A stretch of DNA of 53,214 bases, taken from Dehalococcoidia bacterium UBA1152. Its GTDB lineage: Bacteria; Chloroflexota; Dehalococcoidia; Lucifugimonadales; UBA2962. Below the pieces are notes generated by a model. That model searched no databases. It had not been told where the DNA came from and was given only the letters and a program-made list of their open reading frames with translations. Shown one piece after another: positions 1 to 9,923 of this stretch. The position numbers and the translations under genes are program-made. The stretch spans positions 41,535 to 94,748 of the forward strand of contig DBZU01000072.1 in NCBI GenBank assembly GCA_002311285.1, read 5' to 3'. Numbering within the stretch: position 1 is the stretch's first letter; each line of letters opens with the position of its first letter.

Positions 1-733
1 TTTCTTCAACTACTACTTCAGCTTCAGCTTTTGGCTCATCTGGGGTTACGGTGACATCGATTCCCATCATCTCGTCAACATCAGCCTCTGGTACGACTGT
101 TTCACCGACTTTGTCTCCATAATAAATCCAAACTTTGACTCCGATACGCCCAAAATCAGTGGCGGCTTCAGCTATAGCGAAATCAACATCGGCTCTTAAG
201 GTATGTAATGGAACACGACCTTCGCGTGCTTTTTCAGTTCGTGCTATGTCTGCTCCGCCTAATCGACCAGAAACCATTACCCTTACGCCTTTAGCTCCAC
301 TTTGCATGGTCCTAGATACTGCTTGACGTATAGCTCTTCGAAATGCAATTCGCCTTTCTAATTGATCTGCCACCCCTCTAGCTACTAAATAGGCGTCAAG
401 TTCAGGTTGTCGAATCTCTTGAACATTGAGACGGGCTTTTTTGCTGGTTAATTCCTCAAGCATTTTACGTAGCTCTTCGACTCTTTGACCCCCTCTGCCA
501 ATAACTATGCCCGGACGGGCTGTATATATCGTGGCAGTCAAATCACTTGAGTTACGTTCAATATCCACCTTTGAAATACTGGCGTCTGGGTACTGTTTGA
601 AAATGCTGTTACGAATTTTTAAATCTTCCCATACAAATTGACGATACTCTTTAGCCGATGAAGCGAACCATCTTGAACGCCAATCTTTAGTTACGCCAAG
701 TCGAAAGCCGATTGGATGTGTTTTTTGTCCCAA
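1..733 (-). CDS. rpsC: 30S ribosomal protein S3 (3' end cut by window edge)
   Basis: Manual minus-strand translation from TTG at 733-731 gives MGQKTHPIGFRLGV..., the canonical S3 N-terminus. The frame stays open to base 2, ending ...DEPKAEAEVVVEE. It lies directly downstream of rplV as in S10 operons. It is missing from the ORF track because there is no stop inside the window. Confidence 0.93.
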   Translation of the reverse strand, partial: MGQKTHPIGFRLGVTKDWRSRWFASSAKEYRQFVWEDLKIRNSIFKQYPDASISKVDIERNSSDLTATIYTARPGIVIGRGGQRVEELRKMLEELTSKKARLNVQEIRQPELDAYLVARGVADQLERRIAFRRAIRQAVSRTMQSGAKGVRVMVSGRLGGADIARTEKAREGRVPLHTLRADVDFAIAEAATDFGRIGVKVWIYYGDKVGETVVPEADVDEMMGIDVTVTPDEPKAEAEVVVEE

Positions 734-1078
734 CTAATTCACCGCCTCTTGATGATCAACAATTACCGTGATATGGCTATTTCTGCGGAAAATACGTGCG
801 GACCTACCCTTTGCACGTGCTCTAAATCTTTTAGTTGTTTTACCTTCATTCGCATAAATCTCTATTACTTTTAAGTCATCTGCACGTGTTAAAACTTCAT
901 TTTCTGCGTTAGAGTTCGCAGACTTAATCACCTTTGATATAACTCTGGCCACAGGAGAAGGCAAGAACCCTAACGTTATCAAAGCTTCCGAAACTTTCAT
1001 GCCTCTAACAAGATCAGCTATAGGTCTGATCTTTTTTACTGAGATTCCGGTATCTTTTGCTATTGCTTTGGATGACAT
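734..1078 (-). CDS. rplV: 50S ribosomal protein L22
   Basis: 114-aa ORF with L22-like sequence (IADLVRGMKVSEALITLGF). Located between rpsS and rpsC. Confidence 0.95.
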   Translation of the reverse strand: MSSKAIAKDTGISVKKIRPIADLVRGMKVSEALITLGFLPSPVARVISKVIKSANSNAENEVLTRADDLKVIEIYANEGKTTKRFRARAKGRSARIFRRNSHITVIVDHQEAVN

Positions 1079-1108
1079 TTCATAAACCAGGATTTAATAC
1101 GTGAATTA

Positions 1109-1393
1109 TTACCTTACTTCGCTCGTTCTGTCGGTCCTAGTTACGTGACCTCTAAACGTTCTAGTTGGAGCGAATTCTCCTAATCTGTGACCTACCATAT
1201 TTTCGCTGACAAACACAGGAATGTGTCTCCTTCCATTATGAACAGAAATTGTTAATCCAATCATTTCAGGCATTATCATCGAGGCCCTAGACCATGTTTT
1301 AATCTCAATCTTGCCGGAACTATTTCGAGCTTTCTCGATTTTAGCCGCCAACTTAGGATGTACGAATGGACCTTTCTTAATTGATCTAGACAT
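1109..1393 (-). CDS. rpsS: 30S ribosomal protein S19
   Basis: 94 aa. Contains SIKKGPF and [27 protein letters not shown], typical of S19. Confidence 0.96.
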   Translation of the reverse strand: MSRSIKKGPFVHPKLAAKIEKARNSSGKIEIKTWSRASMIMPEMIGLTISVHNGRRHIPVFVSENMVGHRLGEFAPTRTFRGHVTRTDRTSEVR

Positions 1394-1396
1394 ATA

Positions 1397-2227
1397 TTAT
1401 TTTTGATACCGCCTTCTAACTATATTCTTAGTAGTCGATTTATTTCTTCGAGTCCGATACCCTAACGCAGGCTTACCCCAAGGTGTCTTAGGACCTGGCA
1501 TTCCGATAGGTGATTTGCCTTCCCCTCCGCCATGAGGATGATCTCTAGGAGACATGACTACACCTCTAACAGATGGCCTCCATCCCATATGCCTTCTACG
1601 GCCTGCTTTACCAAGTTTTGTATTCTTATTATCAATGGCCCCAATTTGACCGATTGTGGCCATACAATCACTAACAACCCTCCTAACTTCCCCAGATGGC
1701 ATTCTAATTAAAGTTCGATTTCCTTCCTTGGCGAGAACTTGAGCTGATCCACCTGCACTTCTTACCATCTGGCCACCACGCCCAGGATTTAATTCAATAT
1801 TATGTATTTCAGCCCCGGTTGGAATTGACTTTAATGGTAGGGCGTTGCCAACCTTGATCTCTACTGAATCTCCGGAAACAATCTGGGACCCGACTTTAAG
1901 TCCAAGCGGAGCAATTATATATCGCCATTCTCCATCTTTGTATTTCACCAAACCTATTCGAGCTGATCGATTTGGATCATACTCTATTGAGACTATCTCT
2001 CCTGGAACACCATGTTTGTCTCGCTTGAAATCGATTTCTCGATAACGTCTCTTATGAGAACCTCCACGATGGCGAACCGAGATTCTACCTTTGTTGTCTC
2101 GGCCTGATCCTCTTTTCATTCCTCGGGTCAAAGATTTTTTCGGTTTACGTGTGGTTATATCATCAGTTGTTTGAATAACTACACCACGCTGTCCAGGGCT
2201 GTTTGGTTTTAATTTTCTTAGAGGCAT
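1397..2227 (-). CDS. rplB: 50S ribosomal protein L2
   Basis: 276 aa. Contains the [12 protein letters not shown] and [15 protein letters not shown] motifs of L2. Confidence 0.97.
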   Translation of the reverse strand: MPLRKLKPNSPGQRGVVIQTTDDITTRKPKKSLTRGMKRGSGRDNKGRISVRHRGGSHKRRYREIDFKRDKHGVPGEIVSIEYDPNRSARIGLVKYKDGEWRYIIAPLGLKVGSQIVSGDSVEIKVGNALPLKSIPTGAEIHNIELNPGRGGQMVRSAGGSAQVLAKEGNRTLIRMPSGEVRRVVSDCMATIGQIGAIDNKNTKLGKAGRRRHMGWRPSVRGVVMSPRDHPHGGGEGKSPIGMPGPKTPWGKPALGYRTRRNKSTTKNIVRRRYQK

Positions 2228-2230
2228 TAC

Positions 2231-2518
2231 TTATACGCCTTCAAATATAGTTATAGTCTCACCAGGAGCAAGCTGTACTATAGCTTTTTTCAAAGTTTTT
2301 AACGCAGTTGGACGTGGTCCATACCGTTTGGTTTTTCCTTTAGCATTAATAGTATTCACTTTAATTACTTTAACGTTAAAAGCCGCTTCAACCGCTTTCT
2401 TAATTTCCAGCTTAGTTGAATAACGATTCACTTCAAATACATATCGTCGCTGAGATTCTTGAAGCAAGGTGCTCTTCTCAGTAATTATAGGTTTTATGAT
2501 AATGTCACTAGAATTCAA
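2231..2518 (-). CDS. rplW: 50S ribosomal protein L23
   Basis: 95 aa. L23-like (IIKPIITEKS...) and in the operon position between rplD and rplB. Confidence 0.93.
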   Translation of the reverse strand: MNSSDIIIKPIITEKSTLLQESQRRYVFEVNRYSTKLEIKKAVEAAFNVKVIKVNTINAKGKTKRYGPRPTALKTLKKAIVQLAPGETITIFEGV

Positions 2519-3195
2519 TTTATATCCTCATCAATTATAGGTTCACCAAGAGAGTCTTTCTTTCTCTCAAATGGTGTGCCCCATATTTTTTCAGCATTCC
2601 GAACTGCTTCTAATGTCATAATTACCTTGTGTTTCAAAAGTAAATCAAGAGAATTTAATTTAAACGAGGGAATAAGTTTAACTCCATCCAAATTTCTTGC
2701 TGCTTTAAATATCGCTGGGTCTGAACCATCAGCTACCAGTAAGGTTGATCCATGAACTTTTAAGGATTTGAGGATATTAGCAATATTTTTTGTTTTTGCT
2801 TCTTCGACAATAAGCTTGTCTATAACTATCAAATCTCCGTCACGAACTTTGCTCGATATTGATGACCTCAATGCTGTATTTTTCATTCTCTTAGGGGTGT
2901 TCTGTCTATAACTTCTAGGGGTAGGGCCAAACACAACTCCCCCTCCCTTCCACTGGGGCGATCTTATTGATCCTTGTCGTGCTCTACCAGTGCCTTTTTG
3001 GCGCCATGGTTTACGTCCACCACCAGCTACAGCTGCTCTGTTTTTAGTGCCGACAGTACCCTGACGAGCATTTGCTTGTTGAGCTACAACAACTTGATGC
3101 ACCAAAGCGTTATTAGATGGAGCATTAAATAGGTGATCAACAACATCAACATGCCCTAGGGATTTACCTTCTGTATCTAAAAGTCTAATTTTCAC
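2515..3195 (-). CDS. rplD: 50S ribosomal protein L4
   Basis: 226 aa. Contains the GGGRKPWRQKGTGRARQGS motif of L4. It overlaps rplW by 4 nt and has an acidic C-terminal tail. Confidence 0.95.
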   Translation of the reverse strand: MKIRLLDTEGKSLGHVDVVDHLFNAPSNNALVHQVVVAQQANARQGTVGTKNRAAVAGGGRKPWRQKGTGRARQGSIRSPQWKGGGVVFGPTPRSYRQNTPKRMKNTALRSSISSKVRDGDLIVIDKLIVEEAKTKNIANILKSLKVHGSTLLVADGSDPAIFKAARNLDGVKLIPSFKLNSLDLLLKHKVIMTLEAVRNAEKIWGTPFERKKDSLGEPIIDEDIN

Positions 3196-3197
3196 GA

Positions 3198-4007
3198 TTA
3201 TTTCTTGTTTTTCTCTTTTCCCTCAGCTTTAGGTTTTTTTGCCTCAGCTTTAGGTTTTTCTATATTTTGTTCAACCACCTCGTCTTGCACTTCTGGTTCG
3301 TCTATTTCTGGTTCCGTTACCTCAATTATCAATCCTTGACCGTTGTGATCTTTTATACTTCTGCGTAAATATACAATTGAGTTTCTTGCTCCAGGTATTG
3401 ATCCCTTTACAAATATCAGATTCCGTTCGCTATCCGTGCGAACAACCTCAAGATTTTGGGCAGTAATCTTTTCATTACCATAATGTCCAGCCATTTTCAT
3501 GCCTTTAATCACTTTGCCTGGAGTACTGCCGGCTCCGATAGAACCAGGAGCTCTGTGTCTGTCCGACTGTCCATGTGTTTTAGGTCCTCCATGGAACCCG
3601 TGTCTTTTGATACCACCAGCAAAACCTCTGCCTTTAGAATATCCAGTAGCATCTATATGATCACCAACATTAAAACTATTTACATCGATAATTTGGCCTA
3701 CAGTCAATTCGATGTCATTTCCTGACTCGAATATACTGGAACCTAATATCCTGACTTCAGCTAAATGTTTAAATTTACCGCCAGACGCTGATAGATGCCC
3801 TGAAAGAGGTTTATTCAAATTATTTGTAGCTTCGAATCCAATTTGAACTGCCGAATAACCATTAATATCCTTAGTCTTAATCTGAGTAATTGTGCATGGA
3901 CCAGCCGCTATCGCAGTAACACAGTCTATGTCTCCAGTCTGGCGTACCATTTCTGTAGTCCCAATTTTTCGGCCTAGGATAGCCTGTATGGTCATTTGAT
4001 TACTCAT
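3198..4007 (-). CDS. rplC: 50S ribosomal protein L3 with a long Lys/Glu/Pro/Ala-rich C-terminal extension
   Basis: 269 aa. The core is L3 (GYSKGRGFAGGIKRHGFHGGPKTHGQSDRHRAPGSIG). The last roughly 55 aa are low-complexity (PEIDEPEVQDEVVEQNIEKPKAEAKKPKAEGKEKNKK). Confidence 0.95.
   Translation of the reverse strand: MSNQMTIQAILGRKIGTTEMVRQTGDIDCVTAIAAGPCTITQIKTKDINGYSAVQIGFEATNNLNKPLSGHLSASGGKFKHLAEVRILGSSIFESGNDIELTVGQIIDVNSFNVGDHIDATGYSKGRGFAGGIKRHGFHGGPKTHGQSDRHRAPGSIGAGSTPGKVIKGMKMAGHYGNEKITAQNLEVVRTDSERNLIFVKGSIPGARNSIVYLRRSIKDHNGQGLIIEVTEPEIDEPEVQDEVVEQNIEKPKAEAKKPKAEGKEKNKK
3221..3262. repeat. 21-bp tandem duplication inside the rplC tail (cctcagctttaggttttt repeated, 18 of 21 nt identical)
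   Basis: Read directly from the sequence. Positions 3221-3238 and 3242-3259 are identical. On the minus strand they encode KKPKAEA / KKPKAEG. Confidence 0.85.
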
Positions 4008-4013
4008 ATCAAG

Positions 4014-4328
4014 CTACAACTTTATTGAAATATCTACACCGGCAGGCACATTTAAACTTGTCAATGTATCGATTGTTTTATTTGTGGGTTCAAGTATGTC
4101 GATCAAACGATTGTGAGTGCGTAATTCAAAGTGTTCCCTGGATTTCTTGAAAACATGCGGCGATCGTATTACACAAAATCTTTTTATTGATGTTGGCAAC
4201 GGAACAGGCCCAGCCACTTGAGCTCCTGTACGTTCTGCTGCTTCCACAATTTGACTGGCAGAAAGGTCTAAAATCTTATGATCAAATGCTTTCAAAACAA
4301 TTCTAATTTTTTGTTTTTTAGTGACCAT
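4014..4328 (-). CDS. rpsJ: 30S ribosomal protein S10
   Basis: 104 aa. Contains the [15 protein letters not shown] and [14 protein letters not shown] motifs of S10. Confidence 0.96.
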   Translation of the reverse strand: MVTKKQKIRIVLKAFDHKILDLSASQIVEAAERTGAQVAGPVPLPTSIKRFCVIRSPHVFKKSREHFELRTHNRLIDILEPTNKTIDTLTSLNVPAGVDISIKL

Positions 4329-4331
4329 TAG

Positions 4332-6401
4332 TTAAACTGCCTTTTGCATGCTGACTACCGATTGAGGCGCTTCTTTAAAACTCGAAAATGCCAAGGAAAA
4401 AACCGCCCTTCCCTGAGTAAGCGATCTTAACATATTCGCATATCCGAAAGTCTCTGCAAGCGGAATGTAGGCAAATATGATCTGAGTGTCGTCTATCTGC
4501 GCATCAATGTTCTTAATCTGAGCCCTGCGTCTCCCTAAATCACCCACAACCTCTCCTAGAAAATCTCCTGGAGTAGTGACTTCTAGGTCCATCACCGGTT
4601 CAAGCAGATATCCTTTAGCTCTATTTAGAGCTTCTTTCATAGCCATTGATCCGGCAACCTTAAATGCGATTTCTGATGAATCCACCTCATGGTAGGATCC
4701 ATCAGTTAGCGTCGCCTTAACTCCAACTACTGGGTATCCGGCAACTGGCCCTACTCCTAAGGCTTGTTCCAATCCTTGACGCACAGCAGATATGTATTGC
4801 TTGGGTACATTACCGCCTTTAATTTTGTCTTCAAACTCAAAAGATTTATCAGGCTCCAATGGTTCAATTTCGATTTTCACATGTCCATACTGGCCGTGAC
4901 CTCCACTCTGTCTAACAAATCTACCTTCTGCTTTTGCAGGAATCCTAATTGCTTCTCTGTATGCAACTTTCGGTTGTCCTACATTTCCTTCAACCTTAAA
5001 TTCACGACGCATTCTTTCAACAATAATGTCTAAATGTAATTCTCCCATGCCAGAAAGTATTGTTTGTCCAATTTCTTCATCATAAGAAACTCTTAAAGTG
5101 GGATCTTCATCAGATAACTTTATTAGTGCCTCAGACATTTTATCTTGGTCACCTCTCGTTTTAGGCTCTATAGCAACCGAGACAACGGGCTCCGGAAAAG
5201 AAATTGGTTCCAATAAAACTGGGGAGGCTTCATCACACAGAGTATCTCCTGTAGATGTACCTTTCAGCCCTACAACCGCAACTATATCTCCCGCTGATAC
5301 AAATTCAACATCCTCTTTGTTATTCGCATGCATTTTTACTATTCGACCTAAACGTTCCCTTTTTCCAGTTGATGAATTAATAACCATCGCACCAGATTTA
5401 ACAGTGCCAGAATAAGATCTAAAGTAAATAAGTCGTCCTATAAATGGGTCAGTTACAGCCTTGAAAGCAAGGGCAGAGAATGCCTCGTCGGGGTCAGGCT
5501 TTCGTTCTAACTCTCTGCCAGTCTTAAGCTCTCTACCAATTATTGCTGGAACATCTAAAGGTGAAGGAAGATATTCGTTAATAGCGTCAATCAATGGCTG
5601 AATAGCTTTAGTTCGAAGCGCTGCGCCACATAGAACTGGAACAATCTTATTATTTATAGTAGCCCTCCGAAGAGCTTTTTTAATTTCTTCAACACTAATC
5701 TCTGCATCTTCTAAGTATTTAACCATGAGTTCATCATCTACTTCAGATATCTTTTCCACGAGTATTGACCTGTATTTCTCAACTTCATCGATCATTTCAT
5801 CGGGGATAGGATGTTCTGTCGGAATTTGCTCACCTTCCTCAGGATAAAGGTATGCCTTCTTATCGATCAGGTCCACTATTCCTTTAAATCCAGCTTCTAT
5901 GCCCCATGGAAGCTGGATAGCAACTGGGTTTGCTTTTAACCTACGGATTATGCTTTGAATTACACGCTCTAGATCAGCTCCCACTTTATCCATTTTATTA
6001 ACAAAACATATTCTTGGAACTTGATATTTATTTGCTTGTCTCCAAACCGTCTCGCTTTGTGACTGAACTCCAGCCACTGCATCTAAAACCACTACTCCGC
6101 CATCTAAAATTCTTAAACTTCGCTCCACTTCAGCTGTAAAATCAACGTGACCTGGAGTGTCAATAACATTTATGTTGTGTCCATTCCACTTACAATTGGT
6201 TGCAGCTGCAGTGATCGTGATGCCTCGTTCTTTTTCCTGTTCCATCCAATCCATAGCCGTTGTTCCTTGATCGACGCCGCCTATTTTGTGAATGCGCCCT
6301 GAAAAATAGAGCACTCTTTCAGTCACAGTAGTTTTGCCAGCATCGATGTGAGCTATAAAACCGATATTACGGGTTTTGTTTAAGTTGTTTGTAGAATTCA
6401 T
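4332..6401 (-). CDS. fusA: Elongation factor G
   Basis: 689 aa. Has GTPase motifs [17 protein letters not shown] and NKMD, plus EF-G domain IV/V-like sequence. It follows rpsG. Confidence 0.97.
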   Translation of the reverse strand: MNSTNNLNKTRNIGFIAHIDAGKTTVTERVLYFSGRIHKIGGVDQGTTAMDWMEQEKERGITITAAATNCKWNGHNINVIDTPGHVDFTAEVERSLRILDGGVVVLDAVAGVQSQSETVWRQANKYQVPRICFVNKMDKVGADLERVIQSIIRRLKANPVAIQLPWGIEAGFKGIVDLIDKKAYLYPEEGEQIPTEHPIPDEMIDEVEKYRSILVEKISEVDDELMVKYLEDAEISVEEIKKALRRATINNKIVPVLCGAALRTKAIQPLIDAINEYLPSPLDVPAIIGRELKTGRELERKPDPDEAFSALAFKAVTDPFIGRLIYFRSYSGTVKSGAMVINSSTGKRERLGRIVKMHANNKEDVEFVSAGDIVAVVGLKGTSTGDTLCDEASPVLLEPISFPEPVVSVAIEPKTRGDQDKMSEALIKLSDEDPTLRVSYDEEIGQTILSGMGELHLDIIVERMRREFKVEGNVGQPKVAYREAIRIPAKAEGRFVRQSGGHGQYGHVKIEIEPLEPDKSFEFEDKIKGGNVPKQYISAVRQGLEQALGVGPVAGYPVVGVKATLTDGSYHEVDSSEIAFKVAGSMAMKEALNRAKGYLLEPVMDLEVTTPGDFLGEVVGDLGRRRAQIKNIDAQIDDTQIIFAYIPLAETFGYANMLRSLTQGRAVFSLAFSSFKEAPQSVVSMQKAV

Positions 6402-6443
6402 TAGAAAATTCCCTGCAAAAATTATGTAAATAAGTCAATCTAT

Positions 6444-6914
6444 CTACCAACGATAGTGCGCAAATGCTTTATTTGCTTCTGCCATCCTGTGCAAATCATC
6501 TTTACGCTTAACTGCAGCACCTTCGCCTCTGGATGACTCTAGTAATTCCTGTGACAGCCTCTCAGCCATCGGCCTACCTGACCTGGACCGCGCAGCAGCA
6601 ATAATCCATCTCATAGCCAAGGCTCTGCGTCTTTCAGGCCTAACCTCATTAGGAACCTGATATGTTGATCCGCCAACCCTTCGAGACTTTACCTCTAACA
6701 ACGGAATGGCATTCCGAATAGCCTGATCAAAAACTTCAATGCCTGGACGTTTCGCTTTATCTTCGGCAATTTCTATTGCCGAATAAACTACTCTACGAGC
6801 CACATTTTTTTTCCCACCGATCATTACTCTATTAATAAATTTTGCAATATCGATGCTCCCATATCTTGGGTCTGCTTTTATTTGTCTCGGCTCTGGTTTG
6901 TGTCTTCTTGCCAT
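6444..6914 (-). CDS. rpsG: 30S ribosomal protein S7
   Basis: 156 aa. S7-like sequence (GGKKNVARRVVYSA ... AFAHYRW C-terminus). Confidence 0.96.
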   Translation of the reverse strand: MARRHKPEPRQIKADPRYGSIDIAKFINRVMIGGKKNVARRVVYSAIEIAEDKAKRPGIEVFDQAIRNAIPLLEVKSRRVGGSTYQVPNEVRPERRRALAMRWIIAAARSRSGRPMAERLSQELLESSRGEGAAVKRKDDLHRMAEANKAFAHYRW

Positions 6915-6930
6915 CTAATTATCTTTACTC

Positions 6931-7395
6931 TTAAGCAACTGAGTCAGTTGTAGTATCTGTAGTAGCAGTTTCGACAACTAAACTAGGATCCTTTTTGCTA
7001 CCATACTTACTGCGGCCTCGTCTACGTTCATGTACTCCGGACGTATCAAGCGCTCCCCTTATAATGTGATATCGCACCCCAGGCAAATCTTTAACTCTTC
7101 CCCCCCTTAATAGAACTACAGAGTGTTCTTGTAAGTTATGCCCTTCTCCAGGAATGTAAGCTGTTACTTCCATGCCGTTAGTTAATCTAACTCGTGCTAC
7201 TTTTCTTAAAGCTGAGTTGGGTTTTTTAGGAGTCATGGTTCTTACCTGAACACAAACACCTCTTTTTTGAGGAGAAGCAGATCCTTTCTGAGACCTATTC
7301 TTAAGAGCATTGTAAGTAACCCGCAAAGCTGGAGCGGTTTCTTTTTTCTTCTTACGCTTTCGTCCTTTTCTAACCAGCTGATTTACTGTCGGCAT
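6931..7395 (-). CDS. rpsL: 30S ribosomal protein S12 (with internal insertion and Thr/Asp-rich C-terminal tail)
   Basis: 154 aa. Starts [12 protein letters not shown] and contains [20 protein letters not shown], typical of S12. It has extra residues after the N-terminal basic stretch and ends ...[13 protein letters not shown]. Confidence 0.95.
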   Translation of the reverse strand: MPTVNQLVRKGRKRKKKKETAPALRVTYNALKNRSQKGSASPQKRGVCVQVRTMTPKKPNSALRKVARVRLTNGMEVTAYIPGEGHNLQEHSVVLLRGGRVKDLPGVRYHIIRGALDTSGVHERRRGRSKYGSKKDPSLVVETATTDTTTDSVA

Positions 7396-7738
7396 ATTTA
7401 ATCGTCAGTCCTTAATTGTCTAAAATTCTTTTCTTTATACAGCATGAAACACCCATTGATTTTCGTGATGGGATATTGCAAAGAGTACTAAGCCTTTCAC
7501 ACAGGTGTAAAATTTGCGTAATTGAACACCCCCGCCTAAACAGGCGGCAAACTTAAATCTTACTGCCGTCGCAATATTAATGTCAACCGAACCCGAAGCG
7601 ATGTTCTTCCTAATTTTGTATCTATTATTAATGGCAACAATAAATAGACATAAATTACAATTTGACTCGATTAAAGAAAATGTGAAATTATAGAATTCAT
7701 ATAAACTTAACAAAGATTAAAAAATTCTAATATCTGAT

Positions 7739-8476
7739 ATGGCAATATCAAAAGTATCAAATACAAACCAACAAGGTAGGCTGTCTATGGCGGCTGAAAA
7801 TTATTTAGTTTCTATTTTTCAACTCGACGAATTGCGTATCCGCGTCACTAATACACAATTAGCTGAACAGTTAAAACGTTTGCCAGAACGAGAAGGGTTG
7901 GGTACTACACTGCCGTCAGTCGGTGGCATGTTGAGACGTTTAGCTAGAGATCGACTAGTGGAACTACTGCCGGGGAAAAACATAATTCTAACTCAGCGTG
8001 GCAAAGAAGTTGCAGAGAAACTCATAAGAAGACAGAGACTGGCAAAAAGGATGGTCGTCGATTTGCTTGGCCTCGAGCCTCACAAAGCTCATGAGGAAGC
8101 ACATCGCCTTGAACACGCAATATCCGATGAATTAGCTGTAAAAATTGCTGAAAGCTTAGGCAACCCAACAACATGTCCTTTTGGTCATCCAATTCCTGGC
8201 AGTGGATTTGTCAGAGATAGACTGACCGTTCCTTTAGACAAAGTCAAAACTGGTAACACGGTGAATATAGATCGCATACCAGAAGATGATTCTGAGTTAC
8301 TCAAATATCTTGTTGAAAACTCTATAATGCCTCAAAATGTCGCAATAATAAAAGATGCTTCGCCTTATCGTGGCGTCATAACTTTGACGGCAAATCAAAA
8401 TGATGTTGTTATAAGTTATGAGATATCTAAGCGAATTTGGGTTACACCCATTGGTGTGTATAAAAAGATTAATTAA
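7739..8476 (+). CDS. DtxR/MntR-family metal-dependent transcriptional repressor with C-terminal FeoA/SH3-like domain
   Basis: 245 aa. It has a winged-helix N-terminus, a metal-binding/dimerisation segment (HKAHEEAHRLEHAISDEL ... CPFGHPIP) and a C-terminal SH3-like domain. The true start could be the internal Met (MAAENYL). Confidence 0.8.
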   Translation: MAISKVSNTNQQGRLSMAAENYLVSIFQLDELRIRVTNTQLAEQLKRLPEREGLGTTLPSVGGMLRRLARDRLVELLPGKNIILTQRGKEVAEKLIRRQRLAKRMVVDLLGLEPHKAHEEAHRLEHAISDELAVKIAESLGNPTTCPFGHPIPGSGFVRDRLTVPLDKVKTGNTVNIDRIPEDDSELLKYLVENSIMPQNVAIIKDASPYRGVITLTANQNDVVISYEISKRIWVTPIGVYKKIN

Positions 8477-8540
8477 TCGACTTACCCCCTATTATCGGTG
8501 CAGTCATGCCGGCAATGCATTTGGATGCTAAAATCCCACG

Positions 8541-9104
8541 ATGAGCTATAAGATATGGTTTCAAGCCTACCTACGACACCCACTCCAACTCGGGGCACTA
8601 TTTCCCAGTAGCTCGGCACTGAGCTCTCTGATGGTACGACACATCAAATCAGATACTGATGGCCGTATTCTTGAGCTTGGACCCGGTACAGGTTCTTTCA
8701 CTAGAGCGCTAATAAAGACAGGAATTCCCGAAGAAAAGCTGGTTCTCCTAGAGCAGTCACAAGAGTTCACTACACTTCTCAAAAATTCCTTCCCTAAAGC
8801 AACTGTCATTTGCGGAGATGCAAAAGATGTCATATCCATCTTCCGACCCTTAGGAATTGAAGATTTTAATGAAATAGTCTCTGGGTTACCTCTCAATGCA
8901 ATGGGAATTGAACGACGCCGAATCATATGCGACGAAGGATTCAAGGTGCTTAAACGTGGAGGTTCATTTGTACAGGTATCCTATCTCCCTCGATGCTCAA
9001 TCCCGGACACTGTAATTGCCGCACATTCAGCCAAGAGAATATATTGCGGGGTAACGCTAGGCAATATTCCCCCTGCTTTTGTATGGCGCGCAGAAAAGCA
9101 CTGA
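8541..9104 (+). CDS. Class I SAM-dependent methyltransferase (phospholipid N-methyltransferase-like)
   Basis: 187 aa. Contains SAM-binding motif I, ILELGPGTGSFTRALI. Size and N-terminal FLRHP-like region resemble the small rRNA-adenine/phospholipid methylase family. Confidence 0.7.
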   Translation: MSYKIWFQAYLRHPLQLGALFPSSSALSSLMVRHIKSDTDGRILELGPGTGSFTRALIKTGIPEEKLVLLEQSQEFTTLLKNSFPKATVICGDAKDVISIFRPLGIEDFNEIVSGLPLNAMGIERRRIICDEGFKVLKRGGSFVQVSYLPRCSIPDTVIAAHSAKRIYCGVTLGNIPPAFVWRAEKH

Positions 9105-9128
9105 TAAATATTTTTCAAGCAGGGTAAT

Positions 9129-9158
9129 GTCAGGGGTTCGAATCCACTCTGATCCACA
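9129..9158 (+). other. tRNA-like T-arm / 3' acceptor fragment (not a complete tRNA)
   Basis: GGTTCGAATCC at 9135-9145 matches the bacterial T-loop consensus exactly. It is flanked by a 5-bp stem with one mismatch (AGGGG/CCACT), followed by 7 nt and an A. I found no matching 5' acceptor strand, D-arm or anticodon arm upstream. Confidence 0.3.
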
Positions 9159-9247
9159 GTTTCCCTGCCGATCCTCAGACTACTTAACCGTAGGCGTTCT
9201 AGCAGGTTCCCATGAGAGCGAAGCTGTAAAAGGTCGAGGCAGTTATT

Positions 9248-9862
9248 CTATCGGTTTTGCTTTCGCATGATGTATTTAACTAGATGCCAGCGTTCTTCTT
9301 CAGTAAGTAGTTTATTAAATGTCGGCATTACGGTTGGGTTTGATTGGCCGGCCATCTCCAGAGCAAATCCAGTTCGACTACCATACGATATCCAAGCAAA
9401 AATTTCCCCTTCCGTTGCATCTGCAGCTGAACCTTCGATCAGATTGGCAGGACTTGCTCCACGGGTAAGATATTTTGATACTTCTCCATCACCTTGTAAT
9501 GATTCACCGTGGCAAACCGAACAATTCACCCGATATATCTCCGCCGCCGCATTATAATCGTAACTATTTTGACTCGATCTGGTCATTCTTAACAATTCGT
9601 ATTCAGTTGCCGTATATTCTATTTCACGTCCAGTAACTGGAACAGATTCACCCGGAGGTGCAATCGTTGGTCCTTCTTGGTCATCGTATGCAGGTGAGTA
9701 ATGCATCTCTGAAAACACGACTACTGCATGGCCGCCAGTTTCAGGGAAGGCCGGTAAAGTAAGATGAGCGAATCCTAATATTTCCATCTCTCCAGTATTG
9801 TTGTTATAACAACCAGCAAATATCAATATAAATAAAGTCGATAGGAAAAATATTAACCTCAT
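9248..9862 (-). CDS. actE: Alternative Complex III subunit ActE-like monohaem cytochrome c lipoprotein
   Basis: A single CSVCH haem motif. MRLIFFLSTLFILIFAGC is a lipoprotein signal with a lipobox Cys. The ORF track extends to a GTG at 9907. I prefer the ATG at 9862 because it yields a clean signal peptide. It is the last gene of the Act operon. Confidence 0.8.
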   Translation of the reverse strand: MRLIFFLSTLFILIFAGCYNNNTGEMEILGFAHLTLPAFPETGGHAVVVFSEMHYSPAYDDQEGPTIAPPGESVPVTGREIEYTATEYELLRMTRSSQNSYDYNAAAEIYRVNCSVCHGESLQGDGEVSKYLTRGASPANLIEGSAADATEGEIFAWISYGSRTGFALEMAGQSNPTVMPTFNKLLTEEERWHLVKYIMRKQNR

Positions 9863-9923
9863 GGTTTTCTTAGATCTATTTCTATAATTGTTACGAATAA
9901 TATTCACGTTTTAAGAATCTAAA

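Noticed and set aside
135-326. 63-aa plus-strand ORF at the left edge
   Set aside because: It lies entirely antisense inside rpsC, whose minus-strand translation is an unmistakable S3. The composition is Ala/Ser/Arg/Pro-rich, typical of antisense frames.
1845-5415. Plus-strand ORFs 1845-2045, 2459-2755, 3456-3725, 4764-5033 and 5098-5415
   Set aside because: All are antisense to highly conserved ribosomal protein genes or fusA. They have no RBS and no recognisable motifs. They are shadow ORFs.
7435-7713. 92-aa minus-strand ORF filling the rpsL/DtxR spacer
   Set aside because: It has Phe/Asn/Cys/Ile-rich AT-driven composition, no RBS and no motifs. The region is better explained as promoter and leader DNA.
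9079-9270. 63-aa plus-strand ORF covering the tRNA-like fragment
   Set aside because: It overlaps the end of the methyltransferase gene and the end of actE, and has no RBS. The region behaves as non-coding.
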